Of a stretch of DNA of 64,000 nucleotides, positions 24,601-34,848 are shown in pieces. Origin of the DNA: Antedon mediterranea (taxonomy: Eukaryota > Animalia > Echinodermata); assembly GCF_964355755.1 (NCBI RefSeq), contig NC_092678.1, positions 4,418,422 through 4,482,421 on the forward strand, in the 5' to 3' direction. Position 1 is the first letter of the stretch; each line of letters opens with the position of its first letter. The notes beneath the pieces were generated by a model, which saw only the letters and a list, made by a program, of their open reading frames with translations, was not told the origin of the DNA and did no database searches. The translations under genes and the position numbers were made by a program.

Positions 24601-27600
24601 TAAAAATTGTATGGAAAATCTTCCATCTAAACATTGTATGTAAAATCTTCCATCTAAACATTGTTTAGAATATCTTCCATCTAAACATTGTATGGGAAAT
24701 TTTCCATCTAAACCTTGTATGGAAAATCTTCAATCCAAACATTGTATGGAAGATCTATCTTCCAGTTAAACATTGTATAGAATATCTTGCATTTAAACAT
24801 TATATGGAATATCTTCTATCTAAACATTTTACAGAATATCTTATATGTAAAATAGTATGAGATTTGTTATACTGTATATAAAAGTATTTAAATTATGTTA
24901 CAGTTTTGCCATAGTTCTTGTCGAACCATTTGGCTTTTACATCCTTGAGTCAACTGAAAAGTACTTTGATGATAATCATATGCCGGATACAGATAAACTA
25001 TACAGCGGTAAGCATTTCAACACTTGCAGTAATAACTGTATTTTTTTTATTAAAGCTTTAATTCATTTAACAACAACAGTATTGCCTGATGTCACAATGG
25101 TCATGTGACTGATCAGGTGATGAAGTAAAATGCTTGCTATACAGAATATTTATGCAAATTATGTATGCAAATTATGTATACAGATATACTTTTGTCACAT
25201 CTCCCTAGGATAATGGTACAACTTACTTTTGCTTCATTAATTTTCTCTAACAAAACTTTAACTTTAAAGTTAACATTTCCCTAAATGATATCAATAAGAC
25301 GGGTTCACTTTAAGTTCCTGCCTACTCCCTTAGTTTTTGTTTTATTTTTTGTATGTAATTTTTTTGCAATAAAGAATAATAAATATTAATAATTTGCTTT
25401 ATAAATTTTTAAAGTATGCATGAGTTCTATGAATAATTATTAATAAGATCTAACTCATTAATTGAAAACAAAATGCTTTATATATGTTTTATAAGACTTT
25501 GACGTTGGACTTGAGAACAATGCTTCAGTGTTACGAGAAGGTGAGACCTTTCAATGGTGTAATCTGATTGATTGAAATCACTCTTAGTTAATAGATCCTT
25601 TTTGCCTGTTTGCATGTGTGGTGGCGAGCACCTTTTTTAATATATCCACCACTCCTTTTTACATTCTCATTTTTACCTAATTGTTATCCAGATTACATTT
25701 TCCTTCTTCACCTAACCTATACAAAAGGTTTTCTGACTTGCTTGATATAACTTAACTTACACTCCTCCCAAATATACATCTGTTTGAAACATATTGCATC
25801 TTTTGCCAAACTTACCCATTCCAAAAAACTATATAAAATATTATTTTTCTTCATTTTAATTGGTTTTCTTATACCAGCATGTACCCAACTTAGTTTGTTC
25901 TTGTTTTTAAACTGATTTGCACCTACTTTGATTACTTCTCCCCATATTTGCTTTTGTTTGCATTAAATTTTTAATGTTCCACTGATCATCCTTTTAATTA
26001 GAATAGTGTTTACATTAGTATGTGTTAAACAGACACCGCTCCTTTGCAACATGTTATGTGTTCAATAGACACTGCACCTTCGCATTAGAACATGTTATGT
26101 TCAGTAAACACTGCACCTCCACATTAGAACATGTTATGTGTTCAATTGACACCGCACCTGTGCATTAGAACATGTTATGTGTTCAATTCACACCGCACCT
26201 GTGCATTAGAACATGTTATGTGTTCAATTCACACCGCACCTGTGCATTAGAACATGTTATGTGTTCAATAGACACCGCACCTGTGCATTAGTATACAAAT
26301 AATGAATGTTTATGAGTGCAATGGTACAAATAATGGCACGAGGTGAATGATGAAAGGTTATATCAACGAGGCAAAGCCGAGTTGATATAACCTTTCGTCA
26401 TTCACCAAGTACCATTATTTGTACCATTACACGAATACAAAACATTCATTATTTTCACGTTTTTTTTTCGTACACAAAAATGTTTCAAAAAGTACTATTT
26501 AACGATCGTTGAATAGTGCGTACTATTGCACGCCATGTGACCCACATTCGTCCAATCAAATGACAGGAATTTATATAGGTGTTATATAAAACATGTTATG
26601 TGTTCAATAGACTCCTTCATTATAGAACATTTTGTATGCTCAATATTCGTATTAGAACTCTAATTTGCATTAGAACATGTTATGTGTTCAATTGACACCG
26701 CACCTTCACATTAGAACATGTTGTGTGTTCAATAGACTCCGCACCTTCACATTAGAACATGTTGTGTGTTCAATAGACACCGCACCTTCACATTAGAACA
26801 TGTTATGTGTTCAATTGAAACCGCACCTTCACATTATAACATGTTGTGTGTTCAATAGACACAGCACCTTCACATTAGAACATGTTATGTGTTCAATTGA
26901 CACCGCACCTTCACATTAGAACATGTTGTGTGTTCAATAGACACCGCACCTTCACATATTAGAACATGTTATTTTTGACACCATGCATTAGAATATGTTT
27001 TGTTTTAATTGAACACATTTACCATAGGCTGCATACTACACCAAACCTTTCTATTGTATTTTAAATCGTTTTTAGCGGGTATGCACAGGATTTTTACGTG
27101 GTTACAGGGTGCACCAGTTTTTGATTGGTTTGCTATATTATCTTGGCTGAGACTGATAGTACTATTCTCTAAAGTTATGGAAGAAAAACGTTATTAATAT
27201 TATTTATATTTTATCTTATAGCAATTGACTGGCGGTTTAATGGAAATGTGACCATTGCTCGATATTGGTAAGCAATCTTGTTTATGATGATAAACAAAGA
27301 AAGAATGATTGACAGGTGTTGCTCCTCCTACCGGCAGTTAACACATATTACAGTATTGGGTCTTCCGTTTACGACACTTCTCTCAAAAAGAGAGTCTTCA
27401 CTAATGATTCTGTTCTGAACTTTTTGACAATCTTTCCATGATAAACATTTTTATTTATTGGAAGGTCTGTATGATGAAATAATGGGTAGGAAAGATCAAA
27501 TCAGAATGTGCACACAAGTTTACGACACTTCTCTCAAAAAGAGAGTCTTCACTAATGATTCTGTTCTGAACTTTTTGACAATCTTTCCATGATAAACATT

Positions 27601-30600
27601 TTTATATTTATTGGAAGGTCTGTATGATGAAATAATGGGTAGGAAAGATCAAATCAGAATATCCCCACAAGTATCTTTCTCTCACCACCGTTTTTATTAT
27701 GTCTAGGCCATACTGCTCCTGGTCGACTGAAGAAAACAAGTACCTGCGTAAAGTTGCTTTGGTAGAAAGACTGTATTTTTCAGTCCTCGATACTGAACTT
27801 GCTCCTGACTGTAAGATCATTTATATTTTTGTTATGCTATGTTATAATGTTTTTTTTGCACAAAGATCTGTTTTCAACTTAGGTGTATGAAACTTGCATC
27901 CTGTTTCCCCATGGTGCTAATAAAAGATTTTTTTATATATTAGATATTTGAATCATGGCTCAAACTTATGTACATTTTACTTTGAATGTCTTAAAAAAAA
28001 AAAAAATCTTTAATTTACATATTGTAGTTTGCATAAAGATAGTTCACAGGTGACTGTGAAGTATTTTGACATACTCTTGTATCTAAACACACTCGCATTA
28101 CCAACAAGTTGTGCTGCATTTGTCAATCATTTGTTATCATTTATTTTATTAATGTGTCTAGGTGATGTTGATATGATAAATCATTTGTTACTTGATCTAA
28201 CGATCACAGAAGAAGTACAAAACCATTGGGAAACAAAATACGCTGCAGAAGATGCTACGGGGTAAGTATATAAAACTGTATGTTTAGTGGAGTTGTAAAA
28301 CATGCTTACCTTTCAATCCAAAGGCCCATAGTTCAATCCTAATCTAGTATAAGTATTGTAAACTCATAACTGTCAAACTAATCCACTTCTTAGCTGCAAG
28401 TGAAACTTAGTTTAATATAGGGCCTACGCATCAAGAGGTGTATATCCATCCTGTAAAGTTTGTGTAAACTTCATGTTGGATGTTTATGGGATAAATACTA
28501 TACAAAATTCATCTCCGACATGCCTCCTTACATGCCCACTTACATGCCCACTTACATCCCACCCACCCAATACTTTACACACCTCCCACCCACCCAATAC
28601 CTTACACACCTCTAACATGTCTCCTTTCATCTTCCCGCTCCTCCCAAATTATCCCACTTTGTAATCCTGTATTTTGTTCTTCCTAAGGAGTGGAATCCTG
28701 ACATCTTTTCTTGGAATGCGTAGTGGGTTGTCACGCTGGTACAACAATCCAGATTTTGATAGTGCTTATAGCTTCAGTGAAGATTACAGTGAAACAATAG
28801 AAGAAGATTATTATTGGCGAGCTGTTGAGTTAGGGAATGACAGTATACTCTACTCTGTGCCTTTAGTGACAGATGGGTCTACACCAGGTGAAGTATTATC
28901 TTAATTTGAAAGGAGTGTACTTGGGTCAGAAGGTTTAATTTATTCTTCTTGCAAGCTTTATGCCAGTTCAAATTGTATAGTATTGTTCTGGTACATGTGA
29001 GCCCAAATATGGTAGTGATATGTCCATATATGGACACATATTTTGTTGTCACATAAAGTTATAGCTTTAATAGTAAATTAATTAGCAAACAATTTTTACT
29101 TGACTGGAAGATATTTCCCAATCCTGTTTCCTCAGTGAAAGTTACCCAGACAGTTTTTGAGCAACATACACAAGAACCAAGCAATATTTTGCATATACCG
29201 TAATAGTATTAATGTTAATTATGTTTTCATTTTTTCCCAGAAATTAACTCTACAATAAAAGTGACAGCTAGTACAATTGTAACTTTTACTAAAAATGGTG
29301 TAGGACCAACAGTAGTAGGGAGTAAGTAAACTACATTAACCTGTTATTATTATGTTATTATTGTATGATGCTGTATATGTCAGTGAAAGGTCACATTTGG
29401 ATATGATGCTGAAAATGTTAGTGAGAAGTCGCAGGTTGGTATGATGTTAAAGGTATCAGTGAGTGGGGTTGTGGTATGATGCTGAAAATGTCTGTGAAGC
29501 TTTGTTCCCATTAGGAACTGAGAGGTCGCAGGTTTGTGTGATGTCAAAGGTATCAGTTAGTGAGATTGTGGGGATGATGCTGAAAATTTCAATTGGAGGT
29601 TGCAGGTTTGTGTGATTTTAAAAGTTTTCCTACTGCTCTCATAGATGAATGATTATTTTTTTTTCCTTCAGCTGTTGGATTTCAAATGTTATGGGATGAA
29701 CTTGCATCTAAGGTTATGCAATCACAGACTTGTAATAGTGAGGTAAAGTAAAAATTACTTTAATTATAGAATTTTGAGATACTAAAAGAGTTGGAGCATA
29801 CACACATTGGCCCATCAGTGCAAGCAAGAAATATAAAACATTTTGTAAATGTTATGTATTTTAGTCCATCTTTGCATAGTTTGATTCGGTAGTTGTGTCA
29901 ATTTGTTTGTTCATACTTGGACGTTGCATTGAGAACATTATTATTATTTGGAATACATTACTTATAACTAATTTGATATTTAATTTCTTTAACTTGTAGA
30001 ATATTGATTGCTTGTTGTTAGATGAGAATGGATACATATTATTTTCTGAAGATGAAACTCAGGTAGGTTATATTCGTAATTACTACCGTAATATTTATCA
30101 ATTCAGAGTTATTAAAGAAAAAAATATGGGTGTAATATTCTGTGACCACGTCCCAGTAATAGAAGGAGGATACTTATTAAATTCTATAACTTTACATACA
30201 GTACAATATAACATACGACTATGAGATAGTGTTCTTTCAATACAAAAATATAAAAACTTATTAATCAGAACCTACTGTTGCAAGACTTATTAATGAACTG
30301 CCACCAGTGTCTTCAGATCTCTCCTCAAAACCCACCTTTTGAATTTTCTAAATTTTTCTGTCTATGTAAAGCGCATTGAGGCTTTCATCATAATGCGCTA
30401 TATCAAGTACCAGTTATTATTATTATTATAACAAGATACACATATGTAACATATATTATATTCAAAAAAATTTAGCTGTTGATGAGCAACATATGTATCT
30501 TATGATTGTCTTATACCGTGATTGTTTTTATATAATTGTTTTAGATTTAAGATATTATATTTTAGAACTATTAACTTAAAGCATGCTTACTTTTTCAGGT

Positions 30601-33290
30601 TGGATCGCCTTTAGGAAAGCCATATCTGAGACTAATGACAGAATTAGTGAATGTCTCAGTATATCAAAAGTAAGTTACAAAACTACCTCCCATAAACACC
30701 AATTTCACATGACCATTTTAATTAAATGCCATTTTGTGCTGCTAAAGGACTGGTTTACTGGATTTTGTGTTATATTACATTTTGTATGAATATTTTGTTG
30801 TAGATACCAGTTGATAGATTACCAAGGAATGTGTTCAGAGACAGAGGTATTTTCTAGCGCAGGATCCACAATCTTCGATGTGAGTTTGAAATGTTATGTT
30901 ACATCTTTGTATTACTGTATAAAAAAATCCCATGTTTTATATGTTGTTTTTTTTATGAGGGACATGCCTGATCACTAAATTAAATTATACTAGATCTTTC
31001 CATACATCTTTGAACTGAATGTTTTTAAAACTTTTTTTTTTCTTTCAGCCATTTTTCTCAATAACTGCTATGGTTTCCTGGTGGTTTCATCAATTTGTTA
31101 TGTAAGTATGAGGTTCTGATAATAGTTTAAAGATTACATTTCGATTTTTGACAACTTTGGATGACCTAGCTATAGTTATGTCATTGTGACAAAAAATATG
31201 TAAAGACACAGTAAAAAAACATTTAAAATGTAAAATCAAAGTTATTGTTATCTAGCTAGTGTTTTTGCAAGACAAATTTGATAAAAGTTATATTTGTTTG
31301 TTACAGGTTTCTTGTTCAGTTTAGCGTGTATGACTGGTGGTACTCAAGCACAGTTCATGCGGAATGTAAGTCAACCAACCTTAATTTTAAAACTGTACCT
31401 ACGGACACAGAAATGTTGATAGCGCACTTCACATAAGTTACCACAATGTTAATTTTAGTGATAGACCTACAAACCAGCTACGATCCAGTGGCTGTATCTA
31501 ACAATCACCAATTTCCCTTAAAGATGTATTGTCCCCCTGAAAAAATAATTCTTAAAACATTTTTTGTTGAATATTCCATTTTAATGTAACATAATAGTTA
31601 TCCACTTTGACAAAAAATTGGATTGAAAAAGTGTATTTACCTGAAAAAAATGTAATTTAAAGCAAAAAATGGTCAAATTGGCTGCCAGCCAATGGATTTT
31701 TGGTTGAATTTAACCATTTATTTTGTCATTTTATAAGTGAAAACATATTTTTTTTTTTTCGTTTTTTTTTCTATGGAAGTGATTAACTTTATTAAAACTA
31801 CAAAATAACATATTCAAAGTCTGATTTAATTAATCTTCATTTTTCAAGTTTTTGGGGGACAATACATCTTTAAATAAGTAATAAAAATATTTCTATTCAC
31901 TTAGGCCCTACATTTTTTGTTATTACTGACTGTAATCACTGAATTGTACTACCGTCCACCAAAGGAAGTCACCAGTCAAATTACACTAAACAGCCGTGCG
32001 ATTGTCGTGACTCCAGTCAATACTGAAAACATTGTTACTCACGATAATATTTAATATTTTTTTGTCAAATTTTGCAGATCTTCAACCGCAGATATTTTCA
32101 TTTCCATGTGATCAAAGTCGTGATTACTTCAAATTGAAACCAGAAAGCCTTCCATTTACTGGTTTCATTGAAGAGGCATGCGATTCCTGTAAACTGTAAG
32201 TCATGATCATTTAGTATTAACTGTCCTCAGTCTTGTAACAAATGTTTTTAAAATATTTCTTTCATAACACAGAGTAATATAATATTTAATGTAAATGGGG
32301 GAATAATCTGCCACTTGCAGCCAGGCTTGCAGCCTACTACTGTAGGTGAATTGCGCACAGGTGTGGACCACACATACCACAACTTTCTACTCCCTTAAGT
32401 GTCCCTTCGTGTCGAGTGCTGCGACTAAACGTCGCCGGTTCATCTGTCCACAACGACAATGGCTGAATGGAGCAGTACACCGGGGAAACCTTCAACTCTT
32501 CCGAAAGATGTACTGGGTTCACACAAGCCAGTTTTAAGTCCTTATCTGAGAAGACTTGTTCTACCACCAGAACAATGGTTGAAGAGTGGCTTGAACCTGT
32601 GCCAATTGTATAGCTATGGTTTGTGGTGGTGCCCTGCCTTAACTGCTCAACCACTCGACTTGATTTCTAAGCCAATATTATTAAGCCACCAAATTACAAA
32701 TCTACAAAGTTGAATTTATAATCATATAATCATATTTTTACTATTTCATTAAAGAATTTAATTTGTCATTATAATTTGACATTTTTAATCGCAGAAATTA
32801 TTCCATCCATGAGGTTCCTAAAAGTAACTTGGTATTGGTAGCCATGGATAACGATTGTAATTGCGATCCGATAGAACAACTTGACATTACACCAACAGAT
32901 TACAATTCAACAGATGAATGTCAGAGGTTAAAAGTTCAACGACATCGAAGGCGGCCGCCACAATGTTTCAATAATGATATAGAGGCGAGTATTGAATTTC
33001 CCATTATTGTCTGGTTCAGCCTCTATGCGTTTTCATGTTTCACTGTGAACGCCTTCTGTGATCAATCTGCTCGATGATGATAACGATGATGATTTGCTAG
33101 ATGTTAACAATATGTCTACAACAATGCCAGGGGTAAATTTAGGGTGTCTTGGACCAGCACACTCAGTAATTTTGGTTTAATTTTTGTCTTATAGGAGGAC
33201 TCGAGTGATTGTGGAGGCGCTAGTTTCATAAAGCCAAGTTTGTTGTTATTGTTGGCTTGCTTTTGTCTGCAACATCTCAGGATGTTATGA
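3687..33290 (+). CDS. CACNA2D3-like: Voltage-dependent calcium channel subunit alpha-2/delta (alpha2delta-3/4-like), 5'-partial, 32 coding exons, about 1029 aa visible
   Basis: Phase-consistent exons: 3687-3803, 9849-9908, 11762-11924, 13090-13221, 13815-13875, 14335-14485, 15144-15224, 15468-15557, 15978-16167, 16685-16734, 17457-17552, 18045-18101, 18441-18521, 19053-19202, 22979-23050, 24245-24306, 24904-25007, 25496-25540, 27222-27267, 27707-27810, 28162-28261, 28688-28887, 29241-29321, 29672-29742, 30000-30062, 30599-30669, 30804-30879, 31049-31101, 31307-31365, 32078-32195, 32795-32984, 33195-33290 (sum 3090 nt, ends in TGA). Family motifs: [33 protein letters not shown] (14381-14395) and [40 protein letters not shown], and C-terminal CGGAS plus hydrophobic GPI-anchor signal. 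Signal-peptide exons not found in the window. Confidence 0.93.
4272..4408. mobile_element. Penelope-like element terminal remnant with about 33-bp inverted repeat around the hammerhead
   Basis: Arms 4272-4304 and 4377-4408 are reverse complements apart from one indel. The family assignment is inference from the hammerhead type. Confidence 0.5.
4311..4353 (-). ncRNA. Minimal type I hammerhead ribozyme motif (Penelope-like retroelement type)
   Basis: Minus strand reads TTTTCAC-CTGATGA-T-GGGC-TAT-GCCC-GAAA-CATGTC-GTTAAAA: intact core, 4-bp stem II, palindromic ACATGT stem III, GUC cleavage triplet, stem I with 6 of 7 pairs. Confidence 0.65.
7903..8216 (+). repeat. Degenerate (CAT/TAT)n low-complexity tract
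   Basis: ATCATC/ATTATC runs with short internal duplications. Confidence 0.75.
10864..10995. mobile_element. MITE family A copy, left TIR degraded
   Basis: Same internal sequence (GTGAT..ATGGACAT..ATATCACTA..GGGCACATCACAC) and intact right TIR. Confidence 0.7.
11897..12400 (+). repeat. Minisatellite, 9 x 56 bp, each unit containing the last 28 nt of an alpha2delta exon and its GTAAGT donor
   Basis: Unit CAAGTTCCAACTAACGTATATAACATGG|GTAAGTACACTCACTCACTCCGGCGTCR starts at 11897, 11953, 12009, 12065, 12121, 12177, 12233, 12289 and 12345. Confidence 0.97.
13887..14017 (+). repeat. Minisatellite, 6 x 21 bp (CAAATATGGTAGTGATATGCC), derived from MITE family A internal sequence
   Basis: The unit is the reverse complement of the GCATATCACTACCATATTTG subunit seen inside family A copies. 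Confidence 0.9.
14700..14900 (-). mobile_element. CR1-type LINE 3' fragment
   Basis: Minus strand translates (W)[20 protein letters not shown], resembling the CR1 RT C-terminal WNxLPxxVVxAxSVNxFK motif. Confidence 0.5.
16188..16390 (+). mobile_element. tRNA-derived SINE remnant
   Basis: A-box-like TGGCTGAGCGG start; GTGTACTTGAAAGAAC...AAAAGAGTAGGGG central domain resembles invertebrate SINE cores. Confidence 0.4.
16961..17181. mobile_element. MITE family A copy (opposite orientation, internal insertion)
   Basis: TIRs at 16961 and about 17162-17181. Confidence 0.75.
18255..18383. mobile_element. MITE family A copy
   Basis: AGCTCTGTCTAC...GTAGACAGAGCT with TA on both flanks. Confidence 0.8.
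19755..19790 (+). CDS. Candidate 36-nt cassette microexon of the alpha2delta gene ([12 protein letters not shown])
   Basis: Pyrimidine-rich tract and TTAG acceptor (ends 19754), open 12 codons, GAG|GTGATA donor. Phase 0/0 fits between exons ending 19202 and starting 22979. Five TGCATG motifs lie downstream. Confidence 0.5.
20031..20454 (+). promoter_or_regulatory. Cluster of Rbfox-type intronic splicing elements (TGCATG x5)
   Basis: TGCATG at 20031, 20068, 20279, 20392 and 20449, plus GCATG x2 at 20871-20880. Confidence 0.5.
21598..21965 (+). repeat. 45-bp minisatellite, about 8 copies plus degenerate flanks
   Basis: CTTTAGGCAGCACTAAAAAAGATACTATTGCACTCCCATGTGGCG at 21661, 21706, 21751, 21796, 21841, 21886 and 21931. 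Confidence 0.92.
23241..24190 (+). repeat. Compound (GAT)n-derived microsatellite with higher-order units
   Basis: About 950 bp of GAT/ATACAT/GTTTAT triplets; explains the poly-D, poly-M and poly-I ORFs. Confidence 0.95.
24340..24835 (+). repeat. 27-bp minisatellite (AAAATCTTCCATCTAAACATTGTATGG), about 18 copies
   Basis: Period 27 (CTTCCATC at 24431, 24458 and onward). Confidence 0.93.
26012..26997 (+). repeat. 41-bp minisatellite (CATTAGAACATGTTATGTGTTCAATWSACACCGCACCTKYR) split by an insertion
   Basis: Period 41 (for example 26163, 26204, 26245); the array resumes after 26590. Confidence 0.9.
26292..26589. mobile_element. Non-autonomous element with long internal hairpin (26297-26454) inserted into a minisatellite; Crypton-like by inference
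   Basis: About 70-bp imperfect stem around GAGGCAAAGCCGAG. It interrupts the host unit exactly between CATTAG and AACATG. No TIRs; TATA-like ends. Confidence 0.6.
27367..27661 (+). repeat. Tandem duplication, 2 x about 150 bp
   Basis: GTTTACGACACTTCTCTCAAAAAGAGAG...GATCAAATCAGAAT at about 27367 and 27518. Confidence 0.9.
30305..30429 (+). mobile_element. L2-type LINE 3' end
   Basis: Encodes FRSLLKTHL (resembles an L2 RT C-terminus), then stem-loop AGCGCATT...AATGCGCT (30370-30399) and a (TTA)n tail. A similar tail lies at about 9750-9815. Confidence 0.65.
31522..31869. mobile_element. MITE family B (TIR AGATGTATTGTCCCCC, TTAA target duplication; Kolobok/piggyBac-type)
   Basis: TTAA-AGATGTATTGTCCCCC ... 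GGGGGACAATACATCT-TTAA. Confidence 0.8.
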
Positions 33291-34814
33291 CATTGAATGA
33301 CCTCTCGCAAGCGGACAAGCATTACAAGCATAACCAAAACCAAAAAGATTTTATACATCATGCATTGCTTTTGACCTAAAAAAAAAACAAAACCAATATT
33401 ATCATACAGACATTCCACAAAAGTCCAAAAAACATCATTGTATACAAAACAATGCCTTTTTGTACATATTATTTATTTCTTTTTATTTACATATTTATTT
33501 ATTAAAATATGCAAATTAGCAGTAATTAACATCTTGATTTCTTCTGAGTATATTGTATCATAAGTACATTTAACCCGCTAAAAATAGAATACATGTCTAA
33601 AAATTTAAGATAATACAAACAAACATTTATAGGTACATATAATATCTGCTAAACCGTTCTCACAGATAACAAAACAATCATTACAAAATGTATATATATA
33701 TTTAAATCTTTTTTTTTTTTTCAATTAAGTGAGTTACACACACATAATTTATATTTCGTGTGTAGGCTTTATAAAGATATTTATTTTTATATATTATTTA
33801 TTTGTACCTCCAACAATGTAAACATCATTTATCTAAAAAATTGAATATTACTGCCAATACAGTAGATTGGATATTATTATTACAATCCTTTATCAAAATT
33901 AAAGTAAACTTAAAACTGTGGATTACACCTATAATAAGTTGACATGACATGACCCTTAGGTCGTTGAAAAGTGTAATATCTGAAGCCACAGTGCCATGAT
34001 CAATGATCGTTTTATGGCACTATATACAAAATGGACATACAGTATAATTATCATTATCACTATCGCAGCGTAACACCAGAGCAACAAACACGCTCATAAT
34101 CTGCAAATTATATTGATCATAGTAATTTATAGTTTTGTTGATTGCTGTAGTACATCATTACATACATTTTAAAGACACTTTCTACTATTTTAAGTATTAT
34201 ATATTTATGTGCAATACAAAACGTTTCAACATGAATTTACACTTTTACCTAACATAGCATGAAAATGTTTTAACCAAATTATAGGAATAGCATTTAATGA
34301 TAAAAATTAGTACAAAGAATTACAGAAAAAGGTTAACCACTATTGTACATAGGAAATTATTAAGGGTATGACATCATAATGGTGTTTTTTCTGCATTGAA
34401 TTATAATATCTCCTGGTAATACTTAGTGTGCAATTAAAAAAATGCATAACTTGTAATTTTATTTATTTTTCAATTTGAATGAGAATGTATTTTTAAATGC
34501 CTATGTAGCCAAAGAAGCTAAGATTTGCAAGGCGTGTTTTGGCAAATTATGCACTTTTTCAAAATTAATATTTAAACTTTTAAGGCAATGTTGTTTCACT
34601 TGCTTCATATTCGACCATTTTCCCTTCTGTTGTTAAACACACTATGCAAGTAGGATTTGTTTCTGAAATAACAAGTAGTTTTAAATAGGTGAAAGTTTAT
34701 AATATGTTACTATGGAACATATAGCTTTTATTTCTTCATTAATTATTTTAATCGATTACAACATTTGTATCTATGTTAATTTAAACTTCCAATTATTCGA
34801 GTTTATTTATTTGT

Positions 34815-34848
34815 AAACAAACAAACAAACAAACAAACAAACAAACAA
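34815..34848 (+). repeat. (AAAC)n microsatellite
   Basis: About 8 perfect copies. Confidence 0.9.

Noticed and set aside
24335-24643. ENLPSKHCM repeat ORFs
   Set aside because: Translation of the 27-bp minisatellite.
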